Origin: an uncultured Aliarcobacter sp.
GTDB lineage: Bacteria > Campylobacterota > Campylobacteria > Campylobacterales > Arcobacteraceae
Assembly (NCBI GenBank): GCA_963677435.1
Contig: OY781945.1
Location: 1,536,001 to 1,600,000 of the forward strand
DNA: 64,000 bases
Reading direction: 5' to 3'
Part shown: positions 46,964-57,322 of the stretch, one piece after another
Position numbering within the stretch: position 1 is the stretch's first letter
How the letters are laid out: each line of letters starts with the position of its first letter
The notes under the pieces: generated by a model
Seen by the model: only the letters and a program-made list of their open reading frames with translations
What the model was told of the DNA's origin: nothing
Database searches by the model: none
Position numbers and translations under genes: made by a program

Positions 46964-47522
46964 TTATAAAATCCTCAATTTCCTTTTCTATTTCTTCTAT
47001 TTTTAAACTTGCATCAATAATAATATGATTTAAATTTAATCTTTTGATTGTCTCTTTCATTCTATTTTGAATATTTATTAAATAATCAATTCCTCTTAAT
47101 TCTATTGAATCATTTTCTTTTTGTGATAACCTAAATTTTAGTTCATCAGGTGCTAATTCAAGTAAAATTACATGAGTTGGTAAAGTATTATTTGTAGCAA
47201 TTAAATTTAAATTAATTAGTTCATCAATACTTAATGTTGAAGCATAAGCAATTCCCGATAACATCGATCTATCTGATATTATTGTATCATTCTTATACTT
47301 CTTTATTACTTCTTCAATATGTTCAGCTCTATCGGCCATAAAAAGAAACATTTCAGCAATTTTTGATTTAGCTTCACCATTAAGTGCCATTGCTCTTAAT
47401 TTGATACCAAGTGGAGTTCCTCCTGGTTCTTTTGTAAAAATTGCAGTAGGTAGTTTCTTTTTTAGAAGTTCCAATTGTGTAGATTTTCCAGCTGTATCTA
47501 TTCCCTCAATTACTACATACAT
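46956..47522 (-). CDS. tmk: Thymidylate kinase
   Basis: EGIDTAGKST, KEPGG, ADRAEH, SDR. Confidence 0.95.
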   Translation of the reverse strand: MYVVIEGIDTAGKSTQLELLKKKLPTAIFTKEPGGTPLGIKLRAMALNGEAKSKIAEMFLFMADRAEHIEEVIKKYKNDTIISDRSMLSGIAYASTLSIDELINLNLIATNNTLPTHVILLELAPDELKFRLSQKENDSIELRGIDYLINIQNRMKETIKRLNLNHIIIDASLKIEEIEKEIEDFIND

Positions 47523-47998
47523 TTTAAAACTTTTTCAGGGATTAGATGTTGAAATTTTCCATTAAATCTTATGATTTCTCTTACTATTGTAGAACTTACA
47601 AAAGCATTTTCTAATGTTGGCATAAGATATAGAGTTTCAATTTTTTTATTTATTGAAGAGTTTGCATAACCCATTTGTAATTCAAATTCAAAATCAGATA
47701 CAGCTCTAAGCCCTCTAATAATGGTATTTATTTTCAAATCAATTGCAAGATCAACAAGTAGAGTATCAAATCCTAAAACTGTAACACCTTCTATATCTTC
47801 AGTAGCTGCTTTTGCAAATAAAACCCTCTCTTCATGGCTGAACATAGGCTTTTTTAATTCACTTTTTGCAACTGCGATTACAACTTCATCAAAAATATTA
47901 GCTGCGCGTTTTATAATATCTAGATGACCATTTGTAATTGGGTCAAAAGTTCCACTATAAATGGCTTTTCTATATGAATTAATATTCGTATTTGGCAT
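47513..47998 (-). CDS. coaD: Phosphopantetheine adenylyltransferase
   Basis: GTFDPITNGHLDII, IRGLR..SDFEFE, VSSTIVRE. Confidence 0.96.
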   Translation of the reverse strand: MPNTNINSYRKAIYSGTFDPITNGHLDIIKRAANIFDEVVIAVAKSELKKPMFSHEERVLFAKAATEDIEGVTVLGFDTLLVDLAIDLKINTIIRGLRAVSDFEFELQMGYANSSINKKIETLYLMPTLENAFVSSTIVREIIRFNGKFQHLIPEKVLKCM

Positions 47999-48000
47999 AT

Positions 48001-48555
48001 TTATTCCCATCTTTTATATAAATTATTATCAATTTTTAGTAAATCAAACCATTTACCTATTAAAAATTTTTCCATATCTTCTAAATTTTGTTGAGCACTG
48101 TAGTAGCCTAAAATTGGAGGTGCAATAATAACTCCTAATTTTGATAATTCCAGCATATTTTTCAATGCGATGCTATTAAGTGGCATCTCTCTTGGTGCAA
48201 CTATAATATCTCTTTTTTCTTTTAACATAACTGTAAAAGCCCTAGTTATAAGTGAATCTGAAATTCCTACAGCACACTTGGCTAAAGTATTCATTGAACA
48301 AGGAAGAATAATCATTTTATCGACCTTAAATGAACCAGATGCAACACTTGCCCCGATATTAGAGTCTTTGAAAATAGTTACATTGGGATAATCATTAAAT
48401 ATCTCTTTTGTAGAGAGTTTATTTTCAAGTTTTAAAGCAGTTTTAGCACTTTTAGAAAATATAACAAAAACTTCAATCTCTTTAGGTAATTTTTTTACAA
48501 AATTAACACCAAGATTTGAGCCACTGGCTCCCGAAATAGCAACAGTTATTTTCAA
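48001..48555 (-). CDS. ubiX: Flavin prenyltransferase UbiX family
   Basis: ISGASG, ASGS, PCSMNTLAK, PREMP. Confidence 0.92.
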   Translation of the reverse strand: MKITVAISGASGSNLGVNFVKKLPKEIEVFVIFSKSAKTALKLENKLSTKEIFNDYPNVTIFKDSNIGASVASGSFKVDKMIILPCSMNTLAKCAVGISDSLITRAFTVMLKEKRDIIVAPREMPLNSIALKNMLELSKLGVIIAPPILGYYSAQQNLEDMEKFLIGKWFDLLKIDNNLYKRWE

Positions 48556-48664
48556 GAAAAACCTTTAGTTTTAGTATATGTAGAATGATAATAGCAAAAA
48601 AAAACTTTTAATTCAATTACCTTTTAATTCAAGCTTTTTATCCTAATCTATAAGTTTAATTTAA

Positions 48665-48725
48665 TATACAAAATGTTAACATATTGTATAAATAATATAT
48701 GTATTAAATTAAACATTATGTTTAA
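48665..48725. promoter_or_regulatory. Two palindromic sites upstream of the recombinase-family gene
   Basis: TATACAA-A-ATGTTAACAT-A-TTGTATA (48665-48690) and TTAAACAT-T-ATGTTTAA (48709-48725). Confidence 0.5.
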
Positions 48726-48765
48726 AATTATATTATATAGTATACTTAATGTAAAAGGATTTTAT

Positions 48766-49392
48766 ATGTCAAAAGTTTTTATTTATATCAGAAATAATGA
48801 GAATAATCAGAAATACACATTAAAACAAAGAGAATCTATAGATAATTATTTACAGAAAAACAACATCACAAATTTTAAGAATATTGAGATAAATATTAAC
48901 ACTCCAAATGAAGAAAAGAATATATTAGAACTTCTACAAAATTGTGAAATGAATTCAACAATTATTGTTTCAAATCTAAATGTTTTTGGACGAACAATTG
49001 AGACTATTTTAGAAATAGTAAAATTTCTATTATCAAATAAAATTAGAATTATTGTTATTGAAGAGAGTTTAGATTTAATAGATGATAAAGATATGTTAAC
49101 TCAAATGATTTTAGGAGTTATCTCAATGACTATTGGTTTAGAAAAAGAGTTAATGAGTTTAAGAACAAAAGAGGCTCTAACTGCAAAAAAACTAAATGGT
49201 ATGTCTTTAGGAAAACCAAAAGGTACAATTCAAAAATCTAAGTTTGATTTACAAAGAGATAAAATTGAAGAGCTTTTAGGAGTAGGATTATCAGTTAGAA
49301 AAATTTCTAAGCTTTTGGGTTATAATAATCATATTGGATTAAACAATTATGTAAAAAAAAGAAAGATAAAATTAAATCTTAATCAATCATAA
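48766..49392 (+). CDS. Resolvase/invertase-like serine recombinase family protein lacking catalytic residues
   Basis: YIR, IIVSNLNVFGR, EKELMSLRTKEAL, LGKPKG, C-terminal HTH; ATG 48766 after AAGGA. Confidence 0.8.
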   Translation: MSKVFIYIRNNENNQKYTLKQRESIDNYLQKNNITNFKNIEININTPNEEKNILELLQNCEMNSTIIVSNLNVFGRTIETILEIVKFLLSNKIRIIVIEESLDLIDDKDMLTQMILGVISMTIGLEKELMSLRTKEALTAKKLNGMSLGKPKGTIQKSKFDLQRDKIEELLGVGLSVRKISKLLGYNNHIGLNNYVKKRKIKLNLNQS

Positions 49393-49472
49393 GTTAATGG
49401 ATAAAATCTCTTTATAATGGTTTAAAAAAAATATAGTAAAATAAAATTAATTAAAAATTGAATGGAGTTATT

Positions 49473-49919
49473 GTGAAAGTATTATTAATCAAAGATGTAA
49501 AAACTTTAGGAAAAGCAGGTGAACTAAAAGAAGTAGCCGATGGATATGGAAAAAACTTTTTAATTGGAAAAGGTTTAGCTTTACATGCAACAACTGAAGT
49601 ATTAAATAGATACAAAGCAGAACAAAAAAAATTAGCTGAAAATGAAGCAAAAGAAATTGCAGCTGCAAAAGAATTAGCAGAAAAATTAAATGCAACTAAA
49701 CTTTCAATAAAACATAAAGTTGGTGCAAATGGACAATTAATTGGTTCAGTTACAAATAAAGAAATTTCGGAATCATTAGAAAATCAATTTTCTATTATGT
49801 TAGATAAAAAAAATATATCATTAGATAAAAAAATTAAGTCTGTTGGGATTTACGAATTAGATTGTAAATTAGGACACTCAATTCATGCAACTTTAAAAGT
49901 TGACATAATCGGAGAATAA
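49473..49919 (+). CDS. rplI: 50S ribosomal protein L9
   Basis: [36 protein letters not shown] start after GGAG. Confidence 0.96.
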   Translation: MKVLLIKDVKTLGKAGELKEVADGYGKNFLIGKGLALHATTEVLNRYKAEQKKLAENEAKEIAAAKELAEKLNATKLSIKHKVGANGQLIGSVTNKEISESLENQFSIMLDKKNISLDKKIKSVGIYELDCKLGHSIHATLKVDIIGE

Positions 49920-49923
49920 TTAT

Positions 49924-50460
49924 ATGTTTGATGCTACAACCATACTTGCATATAGAGGAGCTAATAAAGCAGTAATTGGAGGTGACGGTCAAGTTACTTT
50001 TGGAAATACTGTTTTAAAAGGAAATGCAACAAAAATAAGAACACTTTATAAAGATCAGATTCTTGCAGGATTTGCAGGAAGTACAGCTGATGCTTTTAAT
50101 CTTTTTGATATGTTTGAAGAACATTTAAATGCTTGTAAAGGTGATTTACTAAAATCAGTAATCGCTTTTTCTAAAGAGTGGAGAAAAGACAAAGTTTTAA
50201 GAAGATTAGAGGCTATGATGATTGTTTTAAATAAAGAGAAGATTTTTATATTAAGTGGAACTGGAGATGTTGTTGAACCAGAAGATGGCGCAATTGCATC
50301 TATTGGAAGTGGTGGAAATTTTGCTATTTCTGCAGCACGAGCCCTTGCAAAGCATTCAACTTTAGATGAAGAAGAATTAGTTAGAGAATCTTTAATGATT
50401 GCAGGTGAACTTTGCATTTATACAAATCAAAACATTAAAATATTAAAAATAGAGGATTAA
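49924..50460 (+). CDS. hslV: ATP-dependent protease subunit HslV
   Basis: [30 protein letters not shown]. Confidence 0.97.
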   Translation: MFDATTILAYRGANKAVIGGDGQVTFGNTVLKGNATKIRTLYKDQILAGFAGSTADAFNLFDMFEEHLNACKGDLLKSVIAFSKEWRKDKVLRRLEAMMIVLNKEKIFILSGTGDVVEPEDGAIASIGSGGNFAISAARALAKHSTLDEEELVRESLMIAGELCIYTNQNIKILKIED

Positions 50461-50466
50461 ACAACT

Positions 50467-51795
50467 ATGGATATGACACCAAAACAAATAGTTGCATACT
50501 TAGATGATTATATTATTGGGCAAAATAATGCAAAAAAAACTATTGCCTTAGCTCTTAGAAATAGATACAGAAGAATGAAAGTTGATCCTGCATTCCAAGA
50601 AGAGATAATGCCAAAAAATATTTTGATGATTGGAAATACAGGAGTTGGAAAAACTGAAATTGCAAGAAGACTTGCAAAAATGATGGGATTACCTTTTGTA
50701 AAAGTTGAAGCTAGTAAATATACTGAAGTTGGATTTGTAGGTCGAGATGTTGAATCTATGATTAGAGATTTAGTTTATGAGGGTATAAATTTAGTAACTC
50801 GTGAGTTTGAAGATAAGATAAAAGATAAAATAGATGATGAAGTAAATAAAAAAATTATTGAAAAATTAGTACCACCACTTCCTGAAACAGCTAGTGAAAG
50901 TGCAAAAGAATCTTTTATTAAAACTTTTAATACTATGGAAAAAAAACTTCTTGATGGTTCTTTAGATGATAAAAAAATAGAAATAGAAGTTCCCAAAAAA
51001 GCGCATATTGAAATTTTAGATTCTTCAATGCCTTTTGATATGAGTTCAATGCAAGAAAGCCTAAATAAAATGTTAGGTGGGCTAAATAAAGAAACTATCA
51101 AAAAAGAAGTGACAATTCACGATGCAAAAATCTTACTAAGAGGAATTTGTAGTGAAGGATTACTTGACCAAGAAGCAATAAAAATTGAAGCACTTAAAAG
51201 ATGTGAAAATGGTGGAATTATATTTTTAGATGAGATTGATAAAATTGCATCAGGTAAAAAGAATCAAGGTCAAGATCCATCAAAAGAGGGTGTTCAAAGA
51301 GATTTACTTCCAATTGTTGAGGGAAGTAGCGTTCAAACAAAATTTGGTCAATTAAAAACTGATCATATTTTATTTATTGCAGCTGGTGCTTTTCATGTTT
51401 CAAAACCAAGTGATTTAATACCTGAGCTTCAAGGAAGATTTCCTTTAAGAGTTGAATTAGAATCTCTTGATGAAGAAGCTTTATATAAAATATTAACAAA
51501 TACTAAAAACTCACTTTTACAACAATATAAAGCACTTTTAGCTGTAGAAGAAGTAGAATTAGAGTTTGATGATGAAGCAATAAGAGCATTTGCAAAATAT
51601 TCAGTTACTGCAAATGAAAAAACTGAAGATATAGGTGCTAGAAGACTTCATACTGTTATTGAAAAGGTTATTGAAGATATATCTTTTGATGCAGATGAAA
51701 GAAAAGGTGAAAAAGTAATAGTGACAAAAGAATTAGTTGCTAGTAAATTAGATGATATTGTTGATAATATCGATACAGCAAGATATATTTTATAA
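50467..51795 (+). CDS. hslU: ATP-dependent protease ATPase HslU
   Basis: TPKQIV, GVGKTEIARR, DEIDK, GVQRDLLP, GARRL. Confidence 0.97.
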   Translation: MDMTPKQIVAYLDDYIIGQNNAKKTIALALRNRYRRMKVDPAFQEEIMPKNILMIGNTGVGKTEIARRLAKMMGLPFVKVEASKYTEVGFVGRDVESMIRDLVYEGINLVTREFEDKIKDKIDDEVNKKIIEKLVPPLPETASESAKESFIKTFNTMEKKLLDGSLDDKKIEIEVPKKAHIEILDSSMPFDMSSMQESLNKMLGGLNKETIKKEVTIHDAKILLRGICSEGLLDQEAIKIEALKRCENGGIIFLDEIDKIASGKKNQGQDPSKEGVQRDLLPIVEGSSVQTKFGQLKTDHILFIAAGAFHVSKPSDLIPELQGRFPLRVELESLDEEALYKILTNTKNSLLQQYKALLAVEEVELEFDDEAIRAFAKYSVTANEKTEDIGARRLHTVIEKVIEDISFDADERKGEKVIVTKELVASKLDDIVDNIDTARYIL

Positions 51796-51857
51796 GTTAT
51801 ATAAATTAATAATCTTTTAGCTAGAATAATTTTTATTAAAAAACATGGAGTACTATT

Positions 51858-52166
51858 ATGAATATTGTAACATTTTGTCAAGTTGATGAGTCTTTATTTA
51901 ACCCTGAATTTAACGTTGAATATTTTCATACAACAGGTGAAGCAAAAGATGCTGATATTGTAATTATTGATATTGATTCAATTTTTGAATTTGAGGAAAA
52001 TAAAGGTAAAGTTTGTAAAGATAAGTTTGTTTCTATTGCTATTATTGATGATGATAGTGATTATGAAGCTTTTAAAAACTTTGGAATAGATGCTTGGATT
52101 AAACATGCTGATATTTCACAAATTAATAATATTATTAATTTAGTAAATAAAAGGTTGTTATCATAA
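51858..52166 (+). CDS. Small acidic hypothetical protein
   Basis: SD GGAG; 102 aa; first gene of the tatD operon. Confidence 0.7.
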   Translation: MNIVTFCQVDESLFNPEFNVEYFHTTGEAKDADIVIIDIDSIFEFEENKGKVCKDKFVSIAIIDDDSDYEAFKNFGIDAWIKHADISQINNIINLVNKRLLS

Positions 52167-52951
52167 TTATTGATACACATTGTCATTTAGACAACAAACA
52201 ATATTACGAAGACATTGATAAAGTTATTCAAAATGCATTAAATCATAATGTAAAAGGTTTTTTAATTCCTGGCGCTGATTTTGATGATTTACCTCAAGCT
52301 ATAAAATTAGCTGAAAAATATGATGAAGTTTATTTTGCAGTTGGAATTCATCCTTACGATATAGATAAATTTGATGAAGCAACTATGGAAAAATATGTTA
52401 ATCATCCAAAATGTATTGCCATTGGTGAATGTGGTTTAGATTATTTTAGACTTCCTGAAGACGAAGTTGAAAAACAAGAAAATATAAAAAAACAAAAAGA
52501 GGTTTTTATAGCACAAATTGAATTTGCAAAAAAAGTTAAAAAACCTTTGATTGTACATATTCGTGAAGCTTCAAATGATTCAAGACAAATCTTGATTGAT
52601 TATAACGCTAAAGAGGTTGGTGGAGTTTTACACTGTTTTAATGCAAGTGAACATTTACTTCCTTTAGCGCAACATAATTTTTATTTTGGAATAGGTGGAG
52701 TTTTAACTTTTAAAAATGCAAAAAAATTAGTAGAAATACTTCCTAAAATTCCAAAAGAGAAATTATTAATAGAAACGGATGCTCCTTATCTTACTCCTCA
52801 TCCTCATAGGGGTGAAAGAAACGAACCTTATTATACAGTTTTTGTTTCTAGTAAAATGTCAGAACTACTTGACTTAAGTGATGGCGAGATTCAAAGTTTA
52901 ACTACAAATAATGCGAAAAAATTATTTAAAGAGTTTTCTAGTCTTTCTTAG
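52163..52951 (+). CDS. tatD: TatD family hydrolase with non-canonical ATA start
   Basis: In-frame IIDTHCHLD, AVGIHP, IGECGLDY, HCF, IETDAPYL; frame closed by TAA at 52148. Confidence 0.9.
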   Translation: MIIDTHCHLDNKQYYEDIDKVIQNALNHNVKGFLIPGADFDDLPQAIKLAEKYDEVYFAVGIHPYDIDKFDEATMEKYVNHPKCIAIGECGLDYFRLPEDEVEKQENIKKQKEVFIAQIEFAKKVKKPLIVHIREASNDSRQILIDYNAKEVGGVLHCFNASEHLLPLAQHNFYFGIGGVLTFKNAKKLVEILPKIPKEKLLIETDAPYLTPHPHRGERNEPYYTVFVSSKMSELLDLSDGEIQSLTTNNAKKLFKEFSSLS

Positions 52952-52986
52952 ATATAATCTTTGCTATATCAAAAGAAGAGGACTTT

Positions 52987-54243
52987 TTGAATAAATTTTT
53001 TTTTACAATACTTATTTTAACAAATACACTTTTTGCAAATGTTTCAAATGAAATAGATCTAAAAATTTTAAAAGACCTAGATATTGAAGCTTCATTTTTA
53101 TCAAATAAATCTTTGCAAGATACATATGAAGAATATTCATCAAATCAAAATATAACTTATTACAATAATATTCTAAAAAAATCAACTTTAAATGCACAAA
53201 TAGTAAGAAGCGAAGTTGAAAGTGAAAATCTTCCAGATACAGTATTCTTTATTCCTATGTTAGAATCTAGTTTTTCAAATCAAGAAAGAAGTAAAAATAG
53301 TCCAGCTGGTTTATGGCAAATTATGCCTTTAACTGCAAAAAATTTAAAATTAAGAAATGATGAATTTATTGATGAAAGACTTGATTTAATTAAATCTACT
53401 GATGCTGCTAGTTCTTACATGAAAAGATATTATAAAAAATTGCATAAGTGGTACTTAGCCATTTTAGCTTATAATTGTGGAGAAGGCAATGTTATAGAAG
53501 GAGTTGCAAGATCATCTCTTGATAGATATTTAGAATTGAATCCTAATTTTAGAGATAAGCAAAATATCAAAAATTATCAAAAAATATTTGATGATTATGC
53601 GGTAAATAAAAGAGGATTAAGTAATTTATATGATATTTACAATAATTACAAGTCATTTTACAGCTTTGAATATTTAGTAGATAATAATCTAAAGAATAAG
53701 TATTTACCTGAATCAAGCATTCTTTATTTGAAAAAGTTGATAGCATTTTCTATGATTGCAAATAGAGATTTATTTAAAAGTATTGATAATAAAAGTAAAT
53801 ATAAATTAGTAAAAGTTAAAGTACATAAAGGCTTACAATTAAAATCTGTTGCAGCTGCAATTAATATGAATTATAATGAATTTAAAAGTTTTAATAAACA
53901 TATTAAAAAGCAAGTACTTCCTACAGATTCAAAACTTTATAATATTTATATTCCTTTAAGTAAATTAGAAATCTATAATCAAAAAATAATTACTATAAAA
54001 CCAGTAAAAGATAATATTAAAGAGATAAAAAAAGTTACTAAAAAAGATACTAAAGTAATAGAAAATAAAAATAATAAGAATATTAAAAATAATATTAAGC
54101 CAATTATTTATAATGTAAGAAAAGGTGATTCATTAGAATCAATTGCTAAAAAATATAAAGTTAATATTAAAAAATTAAAAACAGATAATAATAAAAAATC
54201 TAATTTAATAAATATAGGAGAAAAAATTGAAATTTATAGGTAA
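52987..54243 (+). CDS. MltD-like lytic transglycosylase with LysM
   Basis: MLESSF, AGLWQIMP, DERLD, AYNCGEG, C-terminal YNVRKGDSLESIAKKY. Confidence 0.88.
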   Translation: MNKFFFTILILTNTLFANVSNEIDLKILKDLDIEASFLSNKSLQDTYEEYSSNQNITYYNNILKKSTLNAQIVRSEVESENLPDTVFFIPMLESSFSNQERSKNSPAGLWQIMPLTAKNLKLRNDEFIDERLDLIKSTDAASSYMKRYYKKLHKWYLAILAYNCGEGNVIEGVARSSLDRYLELNPNFRDKQNIKNYQKIFDDYAVNKRGLSNLYDIYNNYKSFYSFEYLVDNNLKNKYLPESSILYLKKLIAFSMIANRDLFKSIDNKSKYKLVKVKVHKGLQLKSVAAAINMNYNEFKSFNKHIKKQVLPTDSKLYNIYIPLSKLEIYNQKIITIKPVKDNIKEIKKVTKKDTKVIENKNNKNIKNNIKPIIYNVRKGDSLESIAKKYKVNIKKLKTDNNKKSNLINIGEKIEIYR

Positions 54244-55222
54244 TAGTTTAAAAAGTAGTTTATTCTTAAGTTTATTATTAAGTGTTTTTCTTTTTACAGG
54301 ATGTTCACAAAAATCTTCTAGTGTAGATTATAATAAATTTTATAAAGATACAAAAAATTCAAAGATAAACAACTCATTAGAAATGCATAAATATACTATG
54401 CGACCTTATAGTGTATTTGGTATAAAATATTATCCTTTTATTGCAAATATTGGAGATGATTTTGAAGGTACAGCTTCTTGGTATGGTCCTGATTTTCACT
54501 CAAAAAAGACTTCAAATGGTGAAATTTACGATATGTATGATATGACAGCTGCTCATAAAACTTTACCTATGAATACAGTTGTAAGAGTTGACAATTTAGA
54601 AAATGGAAAATCAATAATTGTAAGAATTAACGATAGAGGTCCTTTTGTTAGAGGCCGAATCATTGACTTATCTAATAAAGCAGCAAATGAAATTGATATG
54701 GTAAGAAAAGGAACAGCAAAAGTAAAAATCACTGTTTTAGGATATAATGGCGAAATTGAGAATAAAGATGCACCCTATGCACAGTTGCCAAAAAATGACC
54801 CAACTCTTATAGGGAAAAAAGAAAATGTTGTTGCCCTTGAACCTTTAGCAATAAAAGAAGATTCAATTATATCAACAAAAACACCAGTTGCTACAGCTGT
54901 AAATAATAAAGTAGGTAAACCTATTGTAAATGCAAATAGTAATAAAAATGTAGCTAAATCTACATCAAATACTAATAACAAAGCTTTACCTATTGGCAAA
55001 TATAGTATTCAAGTTGGTGCTTTTGGTTTAGAAAATGGTGCAGTAAAAACAAAAAATGAATATCAAAGAAAATTTTCTAATAATAAAGTTGATGTAAAAA
55101 AAGTTTTCTCAAATGGGAAAGTTTTATATAAAGTTTTAATCGGTGGGTTTAATAATGCCGATGCTGCAAAAAGATTTAAAGATGCAAATGCTTTAGGTAA
55201 TGTTCTAATAATTAGTAATTAG
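54227..55222 (+). CDS. rlpA: Septal ring lytic transglycosylase RlpA family lipoprotein with SPOR domain
   Basis: Lipobox FTGC; ASWYG, TAAHKTLP, RINDRGPF, IIDLS; IQVGAF. Confidence 0.92.
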   Translation: MKFIGNSLKSSLFLSLLLSVFLFTGCSQKSSSVDYNKFYKDTKNSKINNSLEMHKYTMRPYSVFGIKYYPFIANIGDDFEGTASWYGPDFHSKKTSNGEIYDMYDMTAAHKTLPMNTVVRVDNLENGKSIIVRINDRGPFVRGRIIDLSNKAANEIDMVRKGTAKVKITVLGYNGEIENKDAPYAQLPKNDPTLIGKKENVVALEPLAIKEDSIISTKTPVATAVNNKVGKPIVNANSNKNVAKSTSNTNNKALPIGKYSIQVGAFGLENGAVKTKNEYQRKFSNNKVDVKKVFSNGKVLYKVLIGGFNNADAAKRFKDANALGNVLIISN

Positions 55223-55230
55223 GAAAAAAG

Positions 55231-55803
55231 ATGGTAGAAATAAATAGAAAAACAAAAGAAACAGATATCAACTGTAAAATAGATATAAATGGGTCTGGAA
55301 AATCAAATATAAAAACTGGTGTTGGATTTTTTGATCATATGTTAGAAGCTTTATCAAAACATAGTGGAATTGATATTGATTTAACTTGTGATGGTGATTT
55401 ACACATTGATGCTCACCATACGGTTGAAGATTGTGGAATTGTTTTAGGACAAGCTTTAAAGAAAGCAATTTTTCCAATACAAGCAGTTGAGAGATATGGA
55501 AATGCAACTGTTGTTATGGATGAAGCAGCAACTACATGTGCTTTAGATTTATCAAATAGACCTTATTTGGTTTATGAAGTAAATGTAAGTGGAAAAGTTG
55601 GCGATTTTGATGTTGAATTAGTTGAAGAGTTTTTCCATGCAGTTTCAGGAAATGCTGGATTAACTGTGCATATTATACAAGATAGAGGAAGAAATAAACA
55701 TCATATTTTAGAAGCTTCATTTAAAGCTTTTGCAGTTGCCCTTAGACGAGCCTTAGTTAAAAATGAGAGATTAGGAATTCCTAGTACAAAAGGTATTTTA
55801 TGA
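55231..55803 (+). CDS. hisB: Imidazoleglycerol-phosphate dehydratase
   Basis: RKTKETDI, FFDHML, HHTVED, HHILEA.FKA, PSTKG. Confidence 0.97.
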   Translation: MVEINRKTKETDINCKIDINGSGKSNIKTGVGFFDHMLEALSKHSGIDIDLTCDGDLHIDAHHTVEDCGIVLGQALKKAIFPIQAVERYGNATVVMDEAATTCALDLSNRPYLVYEVNVSGKVGDFDVELVEEFFHAVSGNAGLTVHIIQDRGRNKHHILEASFKAFAVALRRALVKNERLGIPSTKGIL

Positions 55804-56297
55804 TTGAACTAATTGTTTTAGATGTTGATGGTACCTTAACAGACGGAAAAATTACTTATTCAAATAGTGGAGAAGAGACTAAATCTTTTGATGTTGCTGA
55901 TGGTTTAGCAATTGCCGTTTGGACAAAAAAATTTGGTAAAAAAGCTGCAATTATTACTGGACGAAGTTCTTTAGTTGTAGAAAGAAGAGCAAAAGAGTTA
56001 AATGTTACTCATCTTCATCAAGGAATAAAAAATAAACAAGAAGTTTTAGAACAAATATTAAAAGAAGAAAATTTATCATGGAGTCAAGTTGCTGCCATTG
56101 GTGATGATTTAAATGATTATAATATGTTAAAAAAAGTAGGACTTTCATTCACACCTGCAAATGGAACACACTATTTAAAAGATTTTGTAAATGTTATTTG
56201 TCAAAATAGAGGTGGTGATGGAGCAGTAAGAGAAATGTTAGAATATATTTTTAAAGAAGATGGACTTGAAGAGGAGTTCTTAAACGCATGGCTATAA
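55800..56297 (+). CDS. kdsC: KDO-8-phosphate phosphatase (HAD family)
   Basis: DVDGTLTDG, IITGR, GDDLND, GG.GAVRE; upstream of lptCA. Confidence 0.9.
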   Translation: MIELIVLDVDGTLTDGKITYSNSGEETKSFDVADGLAIAVWTKKFGKKAAIITGRSSLVVERRAKELNVTHLHQGIKNKQEVLEQILKEENLSWSQVAAIGDDLNDYNMLKKVGLSFTPANGTHYLKDFVNVICQNRGGDGAVREMLEYIFKEDGLEEEFLNAWL

Positions 56298-56818
56298 AAC
56301 TTTTTATTTTCATACTTTTATTTATATCATTAGGTAGTTATTTTATTCCTGTTGAAAATGCAAAAAAAAATATACTTGATAAAGATATTCCTCAAGTTAT
56401 TTTTGAGTCACCTAAAATGTATACATTAAATGATAATAGTTTAAATAGAATTGTAATTGCTACACATGCAATAAAATATGAGAATAGAGATGAAATGTAT
56501 AATGCAGATATTACTCTAAAAAATCAAGATAAAACAAAAGATTTTAAAAATGAGAAATTAAAAGCAGATTTGATAGTAAAAAAAGGCGATAATTATATTT
56601 TAACAAATAATGTAAAATATACTAGGGATAATTTTATTAAGTTAAATACTGATGAGCTTTTTTATGATGATATAAAAAAAATTGCTACAAATACAAAACC
56701 ATTTGATGCTATATACAATAATCATTTTGTAAAAGGTGATACAATCTATTTAGATATAAATAATGATTTTATAAATGCAAAAAATACACATTTCGAAATT
56801 GATGTTACTAAAAATTAA
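56288..56818 (+). CDS. lptC: LPS export protein LptC-like
   Basis: N-terminal TM anchor, beta-rich domain, position between kdsC and lptA. Confidence 0.7.
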   Translation: MAIKLFIFILLFISLGSYFIPVENAKKNILDKDIPQVIFESPKMYTLNDNSLNRIVIATHAIKYENRDEMYNADITLKNQDKTKDFKNEKLKADLIVKKGDNYILTNNVKYTRDNFIKLNTDELFYDDIKKIATNTKPFDAIYNNHFVKGDTIYLDINNDFINAKNTHFEIDVTKN

Positions 56819-56830
56819 AAAAGGAAAAAA

Positions 56831-57322
56831 ATGAAATATTTAATAGGCTCTTTACTTTGTTCTACACTTTTATTAGCTCAAAGTGAAACTTTGATGATAG
56901 ATGCACAAGATTTTCAAGCCGACGATAAAAAGGGAATCTCTATTTTTACTGGAAATGTAAAGATAAAAATGGGAGATGACAGATTAAATGCAAATAGGGT
57001 AGATGTTTTTTTTGCAACAACTAAAGATAATACAAAAATTCCTTTAAAATATGTTGCAACAGGTAATGCAGATTTTGAAATAGTAACAGCTGATAAACAC
57101 TATATTGGTAATGGAGATAAAGTAATATATTCTCCTCAAAAAGAAGAATATACAATTTTAGGTAATGGTTTTTTACAAGAAAAAAATGATGATAGAAAAG
57201 TTTACGGAGATACAATTTATGTAAATCAATTAACAGGTGAAGCTAGAGTTAAAGGTAGTGAAAATAAACCTGTTAAATTTATGATAAATGTAGAGCGTGG
57301 ACAAGATAAAGGAAAACAATAA
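56831..57322 (+). CDS. lptA: LPS transport periplasmic protein LptA
   Basis: Signal peptide, IFTGNVKI, ATGNA, GDTIY. Confidence 0.85.
   Translation: MKYLIGSLLCSTLLLAQSETLMIDAQDFQADDKKGISIFTGNVKIKMGDDRLNANRVDVFFATTKDNTKIPLKYVATGNADFEIVTADKHYIGNGDKVIYSPQKEEYTILGNGFLQEKNDDRKVYGDTIYVNQLTGEARVKGSENKPVKFMINVERGQDKGKQ

Noticed and set aside
48556..49457. Active transposon or invertible element around the recombinase gene
   Set aside because: No transposase, terminal repeats or target duplication seen; catalytic Ser absent; flanked by core genes.
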